A stretch of 64,000 bases of DNA, from contig CM059432.1 in NCBI GenBank assembly GCA_030390025.1, positions 93,622,001-93,686,000 of the forward strand. The letters are read 5' to 3'. A program made the translations under genes and the position numbers. This document shows, piece by piece, positions 1 to 12,600 of the stretch (its first letter is position 1; each line of letters starts with the position of its first letter). This DNA is from Squalus acanthias. Taxonomy: Eukaryota. The notes beneath the pieces are model-generated. The model made no database searches and was not told the origin of the DNA. It saw nothing but the letters and a program-made list of their open reading frames with translations.

Positions 1-1144
1 ATAACAAAAGGAAAAGACATTAAGGTTGGGCGGGAAACGGAAGATTTTGTACTATAATTACAAGCTCCAACCGTCCATCTCTCTCTTATCTTCGTATCTT
101 GCTGGTGTTCATCCTCGTGGCTGCTCCTGTGTTCTTGACTCGCCGTCTCGTTCCTGCTTGCCTCGTGTCTCTTTTCAAAAGACTGTTGAACTTTATGATC
201 CGCTCGGATCTACCTCGTGTCGTGTCGCGAAGACCTGTGTAGAACTGGGCTCTGAAGCCTTGAAGCGGGCGCACCATTCCGATAAGTCGGTAAACGGTGT
301 TGGAACCGAAGGCCCGAGATGAGATGAGATGAGATGAGAAGAGAAGAAGACCATACTTATCGCCACGGTCAGTAAGCCCCGACCGCGCCTGTAGGTCGAA
401 TAGACATTTTCCTTGCCAGGAAGACTTCTTCGAATTTTACAGAACTGCCAGGAAGATTACTTTTTGAATTCTATCGCATCCGTGCGAGGACACAGGAAGA
501 CTCTTTTTTTGAGTAGAGTCGGAACTCCGAGGACAACACAGATCTTCATGACAGCAGACGTTCCAGCCTGCTAGCCGGAGCAGAACGAGTAAACAAGTGG
601 GGCCAGGAGACCCCCTGATCGACACGTGGGTGCTGCGGTGAAAAACATCCGATCAGAGGTTTCAGAATTCTCCGAGTTATCACGAGTGGTGAGCATGAGT
701 CTCGAATCCTACGAATCTAGCTAGGACAGATATTGATAGGGGAGGGTTTTAAGTATTAAGGATAATTGTAATGTGTGCCCCATTTACAATGTGTCGTTCG
801 TTCCTCGTTTCCCTGAAATTAATTACATAACTGCGTGCAAGATTGTACTGTCATTAATCTGTGCGTATGACATGTATTTCGTAATCTTAAGTACTATGCA
901 ATAAAGATTTTCCATTTCGTACCATTCAACCGAGTCTACCTGAGTTTTATCTCCATTACTGCTCTCGCATCTAAGTCCAGTGTCTAGAACCGTAAGGGCG
1001 AGTGGGTCGAACCATTCACAGGTGTGTCTAGTGCTCCCAGACTGGCTGGAGACCAGAACAGGCAACAAGGCCTAAACCCGCACTAGCACCCGGGCTGCAC
1101 AGAGCCACACGAATCTCACAGGCTGAGAGACATCAACCCTTACA
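1..1144 (+). mobile_element. LTR (3' part; solo or 3' LTR), probably Gypsy-type, inserted in a MITE
   Basis: Ends CCCTTACA like the LTR at 7125-8472; AATAAA at 900; shared downstream motif; MITE sequence resumes at 1145 (gtac); CpG-rich. Confidence 0.65.
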
Positions 1145-1880
1145 GTACGCACTGTGTACTCACCCGTAAGGCGTCCTGAAGTGCCGGTTTCCTGCATGCA
1201 CTGCGCATGCGCGGGAAACCGGAACTTCCGGTCTGGTGAAGGGGGCGGTTCATAGGTGAACCGCGTGCGCGGTAGAGGCTGCGCGCACACAGCAAACTTA
1301 GGTTTTTTTTCAGGTTTCTACGGGAAAGTAAGTATTGAAGAACCTACGCTTTTAAAAAGGAGGCGCAGGAGCCGTTTTCAACAAGGTAAGTGGTCAATTA
1401 AGTATAATTTAAAAAAAATTTCAACAGGTTTATCTTTTTTAGATACTTTAAAGAAAGGTAAGTTTATTTTTAGCACTGTTAAAAAGTATTTTAATTTTTT
1501 CAAAAATTTAAATTTTTGTTTAAAGTAGTTAATTTATTTAACTATAGTTATTTTATAAATGTGATGGTTTTTTAAAAAATTTATTTTAAGTTTAGCTGTT
1601 CTTTTGGGGCCGATTTCAATTCATAGATTTGACAGGTCTTCCTGTCAAATCTATGAATGAAAGATGGTCTGCTGCCATTGGCTCTCCATGGCCCACGTGA
1701 TCCCAGGGGATGCATCGCACTAACTGCACCCCTGGGACACGCAAGCACTGCGCGCCAGCACTTGGAGCAGGCCCAGGAGCTGAAGTTCCCGTGGGCCCAA
1801 AACACAACGGCAGGCGCGGTACGTAAGTGCGCGCGGGATCCTTACCCCCGCAGCAAGCCGGAGAGGCGAATTTCAGGGCC
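1145..1880. mobile_element. Harbinger-type MITE (left end outside the window)
   Basis: Reverse-complement homologue of 30660-31423; terminal AATTTCAGGGCC; internal palindromes. Confidence 0.75.
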
Positions 1881-1962
1881 AATATATTTCCAAGTCAGGA
1901 TGGTATGTAATTTGATGGGGAACTTGTAGGTGATGATGGCGACTGCTGCCCTTGTCCTTCTA

Positions 1963-3497
1963 AGAACATAAGAAATAGGAGCAGGAGTAGGCCATTCGGC
2001 CCTTCGAGCCTGCTTTGCCATTCAATGAGATCATGGCTAATCTTCTGCCTCAATTCCATTCACCGGCCCTATCGCCATATCCCTTGATGACATTACTAGT
2101 CAGAAATCTATCGACTTCTGTTTTGAATATACCCAATGACCGAGCCTCCACAGCCCTCTGGGGTAGAGAATTCCAAAGATTCACCACCCTGTGTGTGAAG
2201 AAATTTCTTCTCAGCTCAGTCCTGAATGGCCTACCCTTTATCCCGAGGCTGTGGCCCCTGGTTCTAGACTCCCCAGCCAAGGGAAACATTCTCCCAGCAT
2301 CCACCCTATCAAGCCCTGTAATAATTTTGTATGCTTCAATGAGATCCCCTCTCATTCTTCTGAATTCAAGAGAATACAGGCCTAGTTTACTCAATCTCTT
2401 CTCATACGACAGTCCCGCCATCCCAGGAATCAATCTCGTGAACCTTCGTTGCACTCCCTCTATGGCAAGTATATCCTTCCTTAGGTAAGGAGACCAAAAT
2501 TGTACACAGTACTCCAGGTGTGGTCTCACCAAGGCCCTATATAATTGGAGTAAGATTTCTTTACTCCTGTACTCAATTCCTCTTGTAATGAAGGCTAGCA
2601 TACCATTTGCCTTCCTAATGGCTTGCTGCACCTGTACATTCACTTTCAGTGACTCTTGTACAAGGATACCCAGGTCTCTTTGCGCATCTGCATTCCCCAA
2701 TCTTTCACCATTTAGGAAATATTCTGCCTTTCTGTTTTTTCTACCAAAGTGGATAACTTCATATTTATCCACATTATAATCCATCTGCCATGTTCTCGTC
2801 CACTCAGAGCCTGTCGAGATCCCCTTGAAGCCTCTTCACATCCTCTTTGCAACTGACACTGCCACCTAGCTTTGTGTCATCAGCAAATTTGGAAATGTTA
2901 CATTTAGTCCCCTCATCCAAATCATTGATATAGATTGTGAATAGCTGGGGCCCAAGCACCGATCCTTGCGGTACCCAACTAGTCACAGCCTGCCATCCTG
3001 AAAAAGACCCGTTTATCCCTACTCTTTGTTTTCTGTCTGTTAACCAATTCTCAATCCATGCTAGTATATTACCCCCAATTCGATGTGCCCTAATTTTGCT
3101 AACTTACCTGACGAAGGAGCGACAGCTCCGAAAGCTTGTAAAATTAAATAAATCTGTTGGACTATAACCTGGTGTTGTGCGACTTCTAATTTTGTTCACC
3201 AACCTTTTGTGTGGGACCTTATCGAAGGCTTTTTGAAAATCCAAATACACATCTACCGGTTCCCCTTTGTCTACTCCACTAGTTACAGCCTCAAAGAACT
3301 CCAATAGATTTGTCAAACAGGACTTCCCTTTCATAAATCCATGTTGACTCTGCCCAATCTTACTATTAGTTTCTAAGTGCCCAGTTATTGCATCCTTTAT
3401 AATAGATTCCAGCATTTTCCCAACTACTGATGTGAGGCTAACAGGTCTGTAGTTCCCCGTTTTCTCTCTCCCTCCTTTCTTAAATAGCGGGGTTACA
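1963..3497 (-). mobile_element. CR1 (HER1-like) LINE, 5'-truncated
   Basis: RT and C-terminal ORFs ([23 protein letters not shown]); (TTCTTATG)n tail; TTCTA target duplication at 1958-1962 and 3498-3502. Confidence 0.92.
3104..3141 (+). ncRNA. Minimal type I hammerhead ribozyme (Penelope-type)
   Basis: ttac-CTGACGA-a-ggagc(gaca)gctcc-GAAA-gc-tt-gtaa; lies in a ~87-nt insertion in CR1. Confidence 0.8.
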
Positions 3498-5001
3498 TTC
3501 TAGGTGGTAGAGGTCGTGGGTTTGGGAGGTGCCGCCAAAGAAGTCTTGGCGAGTTGCTGCAGTGCATCTTGTAGATGGTGCACACTGCAGCCACGGTGTG
3601 CCGGTGGTGGAGGGAGTGAATGTTTGAGGTGGTGGATGAGGTGCCAATTAAGCGGACTGCTTTGTCCTGGATGGTGTTGAGTTTCTTGAGTGTTGTTGGA
3701 GCTGCACTCATCCAGGCAAATGGTGAGTATTCTCATCACACTCCTGACTTGTGCCTTGTAGATGATGGAAAGGCTTTGGGGAGTCAAGAGGTGAGACACT
3801 CGCCGCAGAATACCCAGCCTCTGACCTGCTCTTGTTACCACAGTATTTATGTGGCTGGTCCAATTAAGTTTCTGGTCAATGGTGACCCCCAGGATGTTGA
3901 TGGTGGGGTACTCGGCGATGGTAATGCCGCTGATGTCAAGGGGAGGTGGTTAGAATCTCGCTTGGTGGAGACAGTCATTGCCTGGCACTTGTGTAGCATG
4001 CATGTTACCTGCCTCTTATCAGTCCAAGCTTGAATGTCGTCCAGGTATTGTTGCATGCGGGCATGGACTGCTTCATTATCTGAGGAGCTACGAATGGTAC
4101 TGAACACTATGCAAACATCAGCGAACATCCCCACTTCTGACCTTATGATGGAGGGAAGGTCATTGATGAAGCAGTTGAAGATGGTTGGGCCTAGGACACT
4201 GCCCTGAGGAACTCCTGCAGCGATGTCCTGGGCCTGAGATGATTGACCTCCAACAACCACTACCATCTTCCTTTGTGCTAGGTATGACTCGAGCCAGTGG
4301 AGAGTTTTCCCCGATTCCCATTGACTTCAAATTACTAGGGCTCCTTGATGCCACACTCGGTTAAATGCTGCCTTGGTGTCAAGGGCAGTCACTCTCACCT
4401 CACCTCTGGAATTCAGCTCTTTTGTCCATATTTGGACTAAGGCTGTAATGAGGTCCGGATCCGAGTGGTCCTGGCGGAACCCAAACTAAGCATCAGTGAG
4501 CAGGTTGTTGGTGAGTGAGTGCCACTTGATAGCAGTGTCGATGACACCTTCCATTACTTTGCTGATGATTGAGAGTAGACTGATGGGGCGGTAATTGGCC
4601 AGATTGGATTTGTCCTGCTTTTTGTGGACAGGACATATCTGGGCAGTTTTCCACAATGTCGGGTCGATGCCAGTGTTGTAGCTGTACCGGAACAGCTTGG
4701 CTAGAGGCACAGCTAGTTCTGGAGCACAAGTCTTCAGCACTACAGCCGGGATGTTGTCAGGGCCCATAGCCTTTGCTGTATCCAATGCGCTCAGCCGTTT
4801 CTTGATATCACGTGGAGTGAATCGAACTGGCTGAAGACTGGCTTCTGTGATGGTGGGGACCTCGGGAGGAGGCCGCGATGGATCATCCACTCGGCACTTC
4901 TGGCTGAAGATGGTTGCAAACGCTTCAGCCTTGTCTTTTGCACTCGCGTGATGGGCTCCACCATCATTGAGGATGGGGATGTTCATGGAGCCTCCTCCTC
5001 C

Positions 5002-8000
5002 TTTAAACTAATTAAAGGGGGGGTGGGAGGATTCAGGAAAGAGTGAATTTAAAAGCAGCGAGAGAAATGTCAAGGCTCTAGAGCAGAGTAGAGTTTTAGG
5101 TAAAAATAAGCAGAGTGGGTCAGGAAGGGTCAGAGAGAGTAACAAAGGTAATAAGGCATCAGTGACTAAGGTGACATCAGGGAAAAATAGAAATAAGTCA
5201 AAGCTAAAGGCACTATATCTGAATGTGCGAAGCATTCGCAACAAAGTAGATGAATTAATAGCGCAGGTAGAAATGAACAGGTTTGATCTACTAGCCATAA
5301 TGGAGACATGGTTGCAAAGTGGCCAAGGTTGGGGACTAAATATTCCAATATGCTTAACTTTTAGAAGAGATAGGCAAAATGAAAAAAGAGGAGGGGTAGC
5401 CCTGAAAATAAAGGATGGGATAAAGACAGTAGAGAGAAAGGATCTTAGCTCCGAAAATCAAGAAATAGAATCTGTTTGGGTGGAACTAAGAAACAGCAAG
5501 GGGTAGAAAACATTGGTGGGAGTTGTTTATAGGCCCCCAAATAGTAGTTGTAATGTAGGGCAGAGTATAAATCAGGAAATTAGAGGCACATGTAGCAAGG
5601 GTAATACAGTAATCATGGGGGACTTTAATCTACATATGGACTGGGCAAACCAAATTTGCAGTAATAATGTGGAGGACGAATTCATGGAATGTATGCAAGA
5701 TAGTTTTCTAGATCAGTATGTTGAGGAACCAATTATGGAACAGGCTATTTTAGATCTAGTATTGTAGAATGAGAAAGGGTTAATTAATAACCTTGTAGTA
5801 AAGGGGCCTTTAGGGAAGAGTGACCATAATATGACAAAATTTTATATTTAGTTTGAAAGTGATTTAGTTAAATCCAAAACTAGGGTCTTAAATCTAAACA
5901 AAGCAAACTACGTAGTTATGAGGGGCGAGTTGGCCAAGGTAGATTGGGAAACTACATTAAAAGATATGATGGTAGACAAGCAATGGCTAGCATTTAAAGA
6001 AATAATACATAGTTTACAACAAATATACATTCCTTTAAGGCACAAAAACCCCACAGGAAAAAGTGGTCCAACCGTGGCTAACAAGAGAAGTTAAAGATAG
6101 TATTAGATCAAAGGAAGAGGCTTAAAATGTTGCCAAAAAGAGTAGTAAGCCTGAGGATTGGAAGGATTTTAGAATTCAGCAAAGGATGATCAAGAAATTG
6201 ATAAGGAAAGAGAAAAAAGAATTGAGAGTAAACTAGCGAGAAACATAAAAAGACAGTAAAAGCTTCTACAGTATAAGTATGTAAAAAGGAAAAGATTAGC
6301 AAAAGTAAATGTGGGTCCCTTACAGGCTGAGACAGGAGAAACTATAATGGGGAATAAGGAAATGGCAGAGAAATTAAACAAATACTTTGTGTCTGTCTTC
6401 AAGGAAGAAGATGCAAAAAACTTCCTGGAAATAGTGGAGAACCAAGGCTCTAGCGAGAATGAGGAACTGAAAGAAATCAGTATTAGTAAAAAAAAAATAG
6501 TACTGGAGAAATTAATAGGACTGAAAGCTGATAAATCCCCTGGACTGGATGGCCTGCATCCTAGGGTTTTGAAAGAGGTGGCTATAGAGATAGTGGATGC
6601 ATTGGTTGTCATTTTCCAAAATTCCATAGATTCTAGAACGGTTCCCGCGATTGGAAGATAGCAAATGTAACCCCACTATTTAAGAAAGGAGGGAGGGAGA
6701 AATCGGCAACTACAGATTAGTTAGCCTGACATCAGTAGTAGGGAAAATGCTAGACTATTATTAAGGATGTGATAACAGGGCACTTAGAAAATAATAATAG
6801 GATTGGGCAGAGTCAACACGGATTTATGAAAGGGAAATCATGTTTGACAAATCTGTTAGAGTTTTTTGAGGTTGCAACTAACAGAATAGATGAGGGGGAA
6901 CCGGTGGATGTGGTGTATTTGGATTTTCAGAAGACATTCAATAAGGTGCCACACAAGAGGTTATTAAACAAAATTAGGGCTCATGGGATTGGGGGTAATA
7001 TACTAGCATGGATTGAGGATTGGTTAACAGACAGAAAACAGAGAGTAGGAATAAACGGGTCATTTTCGGGTTGGCAGGCTGTAACTAGTGGGGTACCGCA
7101 AGGATCAGTGCTTGGGCTTCAGCTTGTAAGGTTTCCAAAATTTGCAGATCCCCAAAACCTAAGGAAAAAGGACTTTGGAACTACCCCAGAGTGATAAAAA
7201 TGCATTTGGGCCTAACATAAGGAATTTAAGACCAAAAACCAAGTTTTGGCATTTTAAAAGACATGTCTGGACCTGTAAGGGAGAAAAGGCTGCACAGGAG
7301 GTGGGGTCGACCTCTATAAAAGCAGTTTTGGGTATTGCAGTTAAATTGCATTGTCTGGGGAATCGGGATGACCTCACTCAAGCCCCAGCAAGCATTAACA
7401 TTTTGACAATAAACCCTAGGAGAAGACAGTCTCATCCCATCAAAAACCAATCAGCTAAGAAGATCGACAGGATGCAAACCATCCAAAAAAAACCATTTGA
7501 CACTTACAGAACCCATTAAAGACATGCATAAAGATAGGAGTCCTAGGCCCAGTCAAGAAACCCAAAACATGAGGACAATGCAAACTCCGATTAAACAACA
7601 GATCGACAGGATGGAGCTATCTTGAATCCACTTCACACATTTATAAAACCAGTTAACATGCTAGTAAAGTCATTACTGTTAACGAGGTCTTACAATGAAC
7701 AGGATTTGATTTGGTTTTGACAAGGCCACTTCAATTTAGTATAATTGAAAGCCCATCAAGCAGTTACAACAGTTCAGTAAGAGGGGAGTTCAAGTTCTCC
7801 AGTAAAACAGTTCAAGTTCAACAGAAGGCAGTTCTACAGTTCAATCGAAAAGCCTGTTTTCAGCAAGAAGTCAGGGCTGGAGATAGAGTTCAGGAGAAGC
7901 AGGCAGAAGGCAGTTTCTACAGTTCTGCAAGAAGGCAGTTCCACAGCTCGGAAGAAGACAGTTTAAACAAAGGCAGAGTTACAGCAAGAAGTTCAACAAA

Positions 8001-9441
8001 GAAGGCCAACAACTTCACAAGCAGACCAACACGCAAGAAGAAACCAGAGCGACTGCCTCAGTGACCATCAGACACCTCACGGCAACAAGGGCCTTACGAA
8101 ACCTTTTACTCAAAAGACTCTAAACCCTAACTCTCAACTGTCAAGGATTCGTTTGGTGAGCATTATCCTTGGTTCTCCAGAGTCCAACCTAGCTAGTGAA
8201 GTGGGATTGGGAGGGGTGAAGTATTCTTCTAAGATTATTTCCCTCGCTTGTACCAATGTGTTCCCCAACCTGTGTTTAAGCATTAAGAGTGTTTTAAGTT
8301 TGTTACCTTTTTCTTTTAATAAAGTCAAAATTCTTTCATCAGAACCTGTTGTCCACTGCATCCTTATTCACAACCCCTAAATAAGTCCAAGGTCTAGAAC
8401 CAGGGGCGTGGGAGCGATTCGAACCGCTCACTGAGTCAGAGGTGAGGCTGACCCTATACACCACCCCCTACAAACTATTCACAATCTACATCAATGATTT
8501 GGATGAGGGGACCAAATGTAATATATTCAAGTTTGCTGATGATACAAAGTTGGGAGGGAATGTAAGTTGTGAGGAGGATGCAAGAAGGCTTCAAGGGGAT
8601 ATAGACAGGCTAAGTGAGTGGGCAAGAACATAGCAAATGGAATATAATGTGGAGAAATGTGAAGTTATCCATTTTGGTAGGAAAAATAGAAAAGCAGAGT
8701 ATTTTTTAAGTGGTGAGAGATTGGGAAATGTTGTTGTTCAGAGGGACCTGGGTGTCTTTGTACACGAATCACTGAAAGTTAACATGCAGGTACAGCAAGC
8801 AATTAAGAAAGCAAATGGTATGTTGGCCTTTATTACAAGAGGATTTGAGTATAAGAGTAAAGACATCCTACTGCAATTATATAGGGCCCTGGTGAGACCA
8901 CACCTGGAGTATTGTGTACAGTTTTGGTCTCCTACTTGCCATAGAGGGAATGCAACGAAGGTTCACCAGACTGATTCCTGGGATGGGGGGATTGTCCTAT
9001 GAGGAGAGATTGAGTAGACTAGACCTATATTCTCTAGAGTTTAGAAGAATGAGAGGTGATCTCATTGAAACATACAAAATTCTTACAGGGCTTGACAGGG
9101 TAGATGCAGGGAGGATGTTTCCCCTGGCTGGGGAGTCTAGAACCAGGGGTCACAGTCTCAGAATAAGTGGTCGGCCATTTAGGACTGAGATGAGGAGAAA
9201 TTTCTTCACTCAGAGGGTAGTGAATCTTTGGAATTCTCTACCCCAGAGGGCTGTGGAGGCTTAGTCATTGAGTATATTCAAGACAGAGATCAATAGATTT
9301 TTGAATATTAAGGAAATCAAGGGATATGGGGATAGTTCAGGAAAGTGAAGATGAGGTAGAAGATCAGCCATGATCTTATTGAATGGCAGAGCAGGCTCGA
9401 AGGGCCAAATGGCCTATTCCTGCTCCTATTTCTTATGTTCT
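5002..9441 (+). mobile_element. CR1 LINE, nearly complete ORF2 (APE + RT), decayed, split by a solo LTR
   Basis: [42 protein letters not shown]; 3' tail ttcttatgttct. Confidence 0.93.
7125..8472 (+). mobile_element. Solo LTR (~1.35 kb), Gypsy-like
   Basis: TGTAAGG...CCCTACA termini; 4-bp target duplication agct/aact; interrupts CR1 RT at QL|FTIY; AATAAA at 8318; no PBS or PPT in the flanks. Confidence 0.85.
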
Positions 9442-11819
9442 CCCATTAGTTGTTTAATTGTCCACCACCATTCACGACTGGACATTGATTGTGGGATTGC
9501 TTAGCTGTCTATAGCATGCTGCTTCTACTGTTTAGCATGCATGTAGTCCTGTGTTGCAGCTTTCCCAGGTTGGCACCTCATTTTTAGGTATGCCTGGTGT
9601 TGCTCCTGGCATGCTCTTCTGCACTCCTCATTGAACCAGATTTGGTCCCCTGACATGATGGTAACGGTCGAATGAGGGATATGCCAGGCCATGATGTTAC
9701 AGATTGTGGTGGAATACAATTCTGTTGCTGCTGATGGCCCACAGCGCCTCATGAATGCCCAGTTTTGAGCTGCTAGATGTATTCTGAATCTATCCCATTT
9801 AGCACGGTGGTAGTGCCACACAACACGATGGAGTGTGTCCTCAGTCTGAAGACGGGATTTCATCTCCACAAGGAGACGAATTCCCATGATCACTGCTACC
9901 AATGCGGTCATGGACAGATACAGCTGCGACAGGTAGATTGATGAGGACGAGGTCAAGTAGGTTTTTCCTTCGTGTTGGTTCTCTCACCACCTGTCGCAGG
10001 CCCAGTCTGGCAGCTATGTCCTCAGCCAGCTCGGTCAGTAGTGGTGCTACCGAGCCACTCTTGGTGATGGACATTGAAGTCCCCCACCCAGAGTACATTC
10101 TGTGCCCTTGCTACCCATGTGTTCAACATGGAGCAGTATGGATTCATCAGCTAAGGGAGGGTGGTAGGTGGTAATCAGCAGGAGGTTTCCTTGCCTGTAG
10201 TTGACCTGAAGCCATTGTTCAGAGTCAATGTTGAGGACTCCCAGGGCCACTTCCTCCTGACTGAATACCACTGTGCCGCCACCTCTGGTGGATCTGTCCT
10301 GCCAGTGGCACAGAGCATACCCAGGGATGGTGATGGAGGAGTTTGGGACATTGGCTGAAAGGTATGATTCTGTGAGTATGACTATGTCAGGCTGTTGCTT
10401 GACTAGTCTGTGGGACAGCTCTCCCAATTTTGACATAAGTCCCCACATGTTAGTGAGGAGGTCTTTGCAGGGTCGACTGGGCTGGGTGTGCCATTGTTGT
10501 GTCCGAAGCTGGTGCCTAGGTCGATGCCAGGTGGTCCATCCGGTTTTATTCTTGTTATTGCTTTTCATAGCTGTTTGTTACAACTGAGTGGCTTGCTAGG
10601 CCATTTCAGAGGGCAGTTAAGAGTCAACCACATTGCTGTGGGTCTGGAGTCACATATAGGCTAGGCCAGACCAGGTAAGGACAGCAGATTTCCTTCCCTA
10701 AAGGACATTAGTGAAACAGATGGGTTTTTACGACAATCCGGTAGTTTCATGGTCACCATTACTGATACTTTTGAGCATTATGAGGTAATTTGTTTGTTTA
10801 AGCAAAGTTATGATTAAACAGTAAGTCATACAACTTAATAGTGCAGTTAAAGATAAATTTTCCACTCCTGGCACAGGTTGGGAGCATAAATCAGCAATAC
10901 GCATCCCTTGCCCATAAATTTTCCTCCCATAAATATCAAGCAGAAATTTATCTTTAAATGATTTAAAGCAGGAATGTAAAGAGATTAACCAGCAAACAAT
11001 GAGGAAAGCTGTGGATGAGGTGGGGCGGGGAATGTCTGGAACAGAAAAGGAATTGCAAACAGGTCAGGAAAGGATGCAGACAGGTGGGAAGGCAATGTAG
11101 TCGGTCCTTAAAATCTACTTCACCTGTCTTAATATGGCTCGATGTCAAATTTTGTCTGATAACGCTGCTGTGATGTGCCTTGGGACGTTTTACTACATTA
11201 AAGGTGCTAAATAAATACAAGTTATTGTTGTAGCAGAAGGGTTGGGGCCTAAAGGGACAAAGGGTGTATTTTTTGAGTCCCACTCCTCCCACAGGGCTGC
11301 TGGACCATGCTCCCCCCAATACTGCCAGAGTTTGACCTGCCAAATCTCCAAAACCACTTCCCCAATCCTCCCGAATTCCAGGACCTCCTCCCATGATACC
11401 CTCTCCCCCTTTTCCAGATCCGGGATCCCCCTCTCAAATCCCTAGACAGCATTCTCAGATCTCAGGATCACCCTGAGACCATCCTCTCCAACACTCCCCA
11501 GATGACCCCTACCAGTGAGCTCGGATTCCAAAATCTGCCCCAGTGTTCCCAGAACTTCTTTCTTCAGTGTACCCGGAACCCCCTCCTAGTGCAGGGAAGG
11601 GACCTACTCTCAAAATACATCTAGAGCCCGATACCCCATCCCAATACTGCCAGACCTCAGGCCTTGTTCCCAGATCCTAGAGCCACCCCAATGCTGTGTC
11701 CCTGAATATTACTTTGCTCAACATCCCTGTCCTTCTACAATTTCCAACGACTGTGACCAATGCTGCAGATCTGCTAGTATGTCGAATACATAATAGCTAT
11801 TAGAGAAACAGTCCATCTT

Positions 11820-12040
11820 AGTCAACTCATTATGAGTCAGAAATGTTGTGTGGGACTAGAGTCACGTGTAGGCCAGCCCAGGTACATATCACAGATTCCC
11901 TTCCCTGATCGACATTAGTGAAGCAATTGTGTTTTTAACAATAGCTTTAATGTTCATTTTTCTAGTGCCAACCCACAATTCACCAAATTTATTGAATTCA
12001 GTTTCACAACCTGCCACAGTGGGCTTTGAACAATCAATGC
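11820..12040 (-). mobile_element. Old SINE related to the LINE-B 5' region
   Basis: Degenerate match to 20490-20710, including a B-box remnant near 12020. Confidence 0.6.
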
Positions 12041-12059
12041 TCTGATTAACTCACTTTAT

Positions 12060-12600
12060 CCTGTATTACAAATTCCAGTAGTTTGCCAAAATACTGAAGA
12101 TTAACTGGCCTGTAATTTCCTAGCCTATCTATGACTCCTTTTTTGGAGAGGCAAGTCGCATTTGCCATTTTCCAGGCCTTTGGTACTATTTTCTTTTCCA
12201 ATGATTTTTAGAAAAATATAGTCAGATTCTCTGTTATTTCCCTCGGGATCCTCAGATGTAAACCATCAGGTCCCAGTGATTTGCCTACCTTAAGTTTGAG
12301 TAACTTCTTTAGTAACATTTCTCTTTGAATAATAAACTCCACTTACTGCCATACAGCCACCCCTTGTGGTTCTATAATCTCAATATCCACCTGCTTTGTA
12401 AAAACTGGGGCAAAGTACATATTTAGTATCTGCCATTCCTTCACTCTCGCTACAAACTTGCATTCTTCATCTTTTAGCAGCCCTACCCTTATCTTGATCA
12501 TGCTCTTACTACTAATATATTTATACAAAACATTTTTACTGCCATTTTTGGTTCATTCCTAAAATCTTCCTTTTTGTAGTGTTCCTATATTCTTCATACT
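12060..12600 (-). mobile_element. Old CR1 ORF2 fragment
   Basis: YKYISSK..RVGLLKD..LNMYFAPVFTKE-like peptide. Confidence 0.65.

Larger units (their letters stand above)
1881..10770 (-). mobile_element. LINE-B copy 1 (CR1/L2-group, single APE-RT ORF, SINE-like 5' region); pieces 1881-1962, 3498-5001, 9442-10770
   Basis: APE (LTNMWGL..PDIVILTES), RT ([15 protein letters not shown]) and C-terminus ([10 protein letters not shown]); collinear pieces separated by two CR1 insertions; frameshifted. Confidence 0.88.

Noticed and set aside
1..1100. Foreign, reversed or coding CpG-rich DNA (ORFs 26-322, 437-625, 823-1068)
   Set aside because: No recognisable protein; explained as an LTR by its terminus, AATAAA and the motif shared with 7125-8472
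7175..8380. ORFs inside the 1.35-kb insert
   Set aside because: Low-complexity LTR sequence with no gag, pol or env motifs
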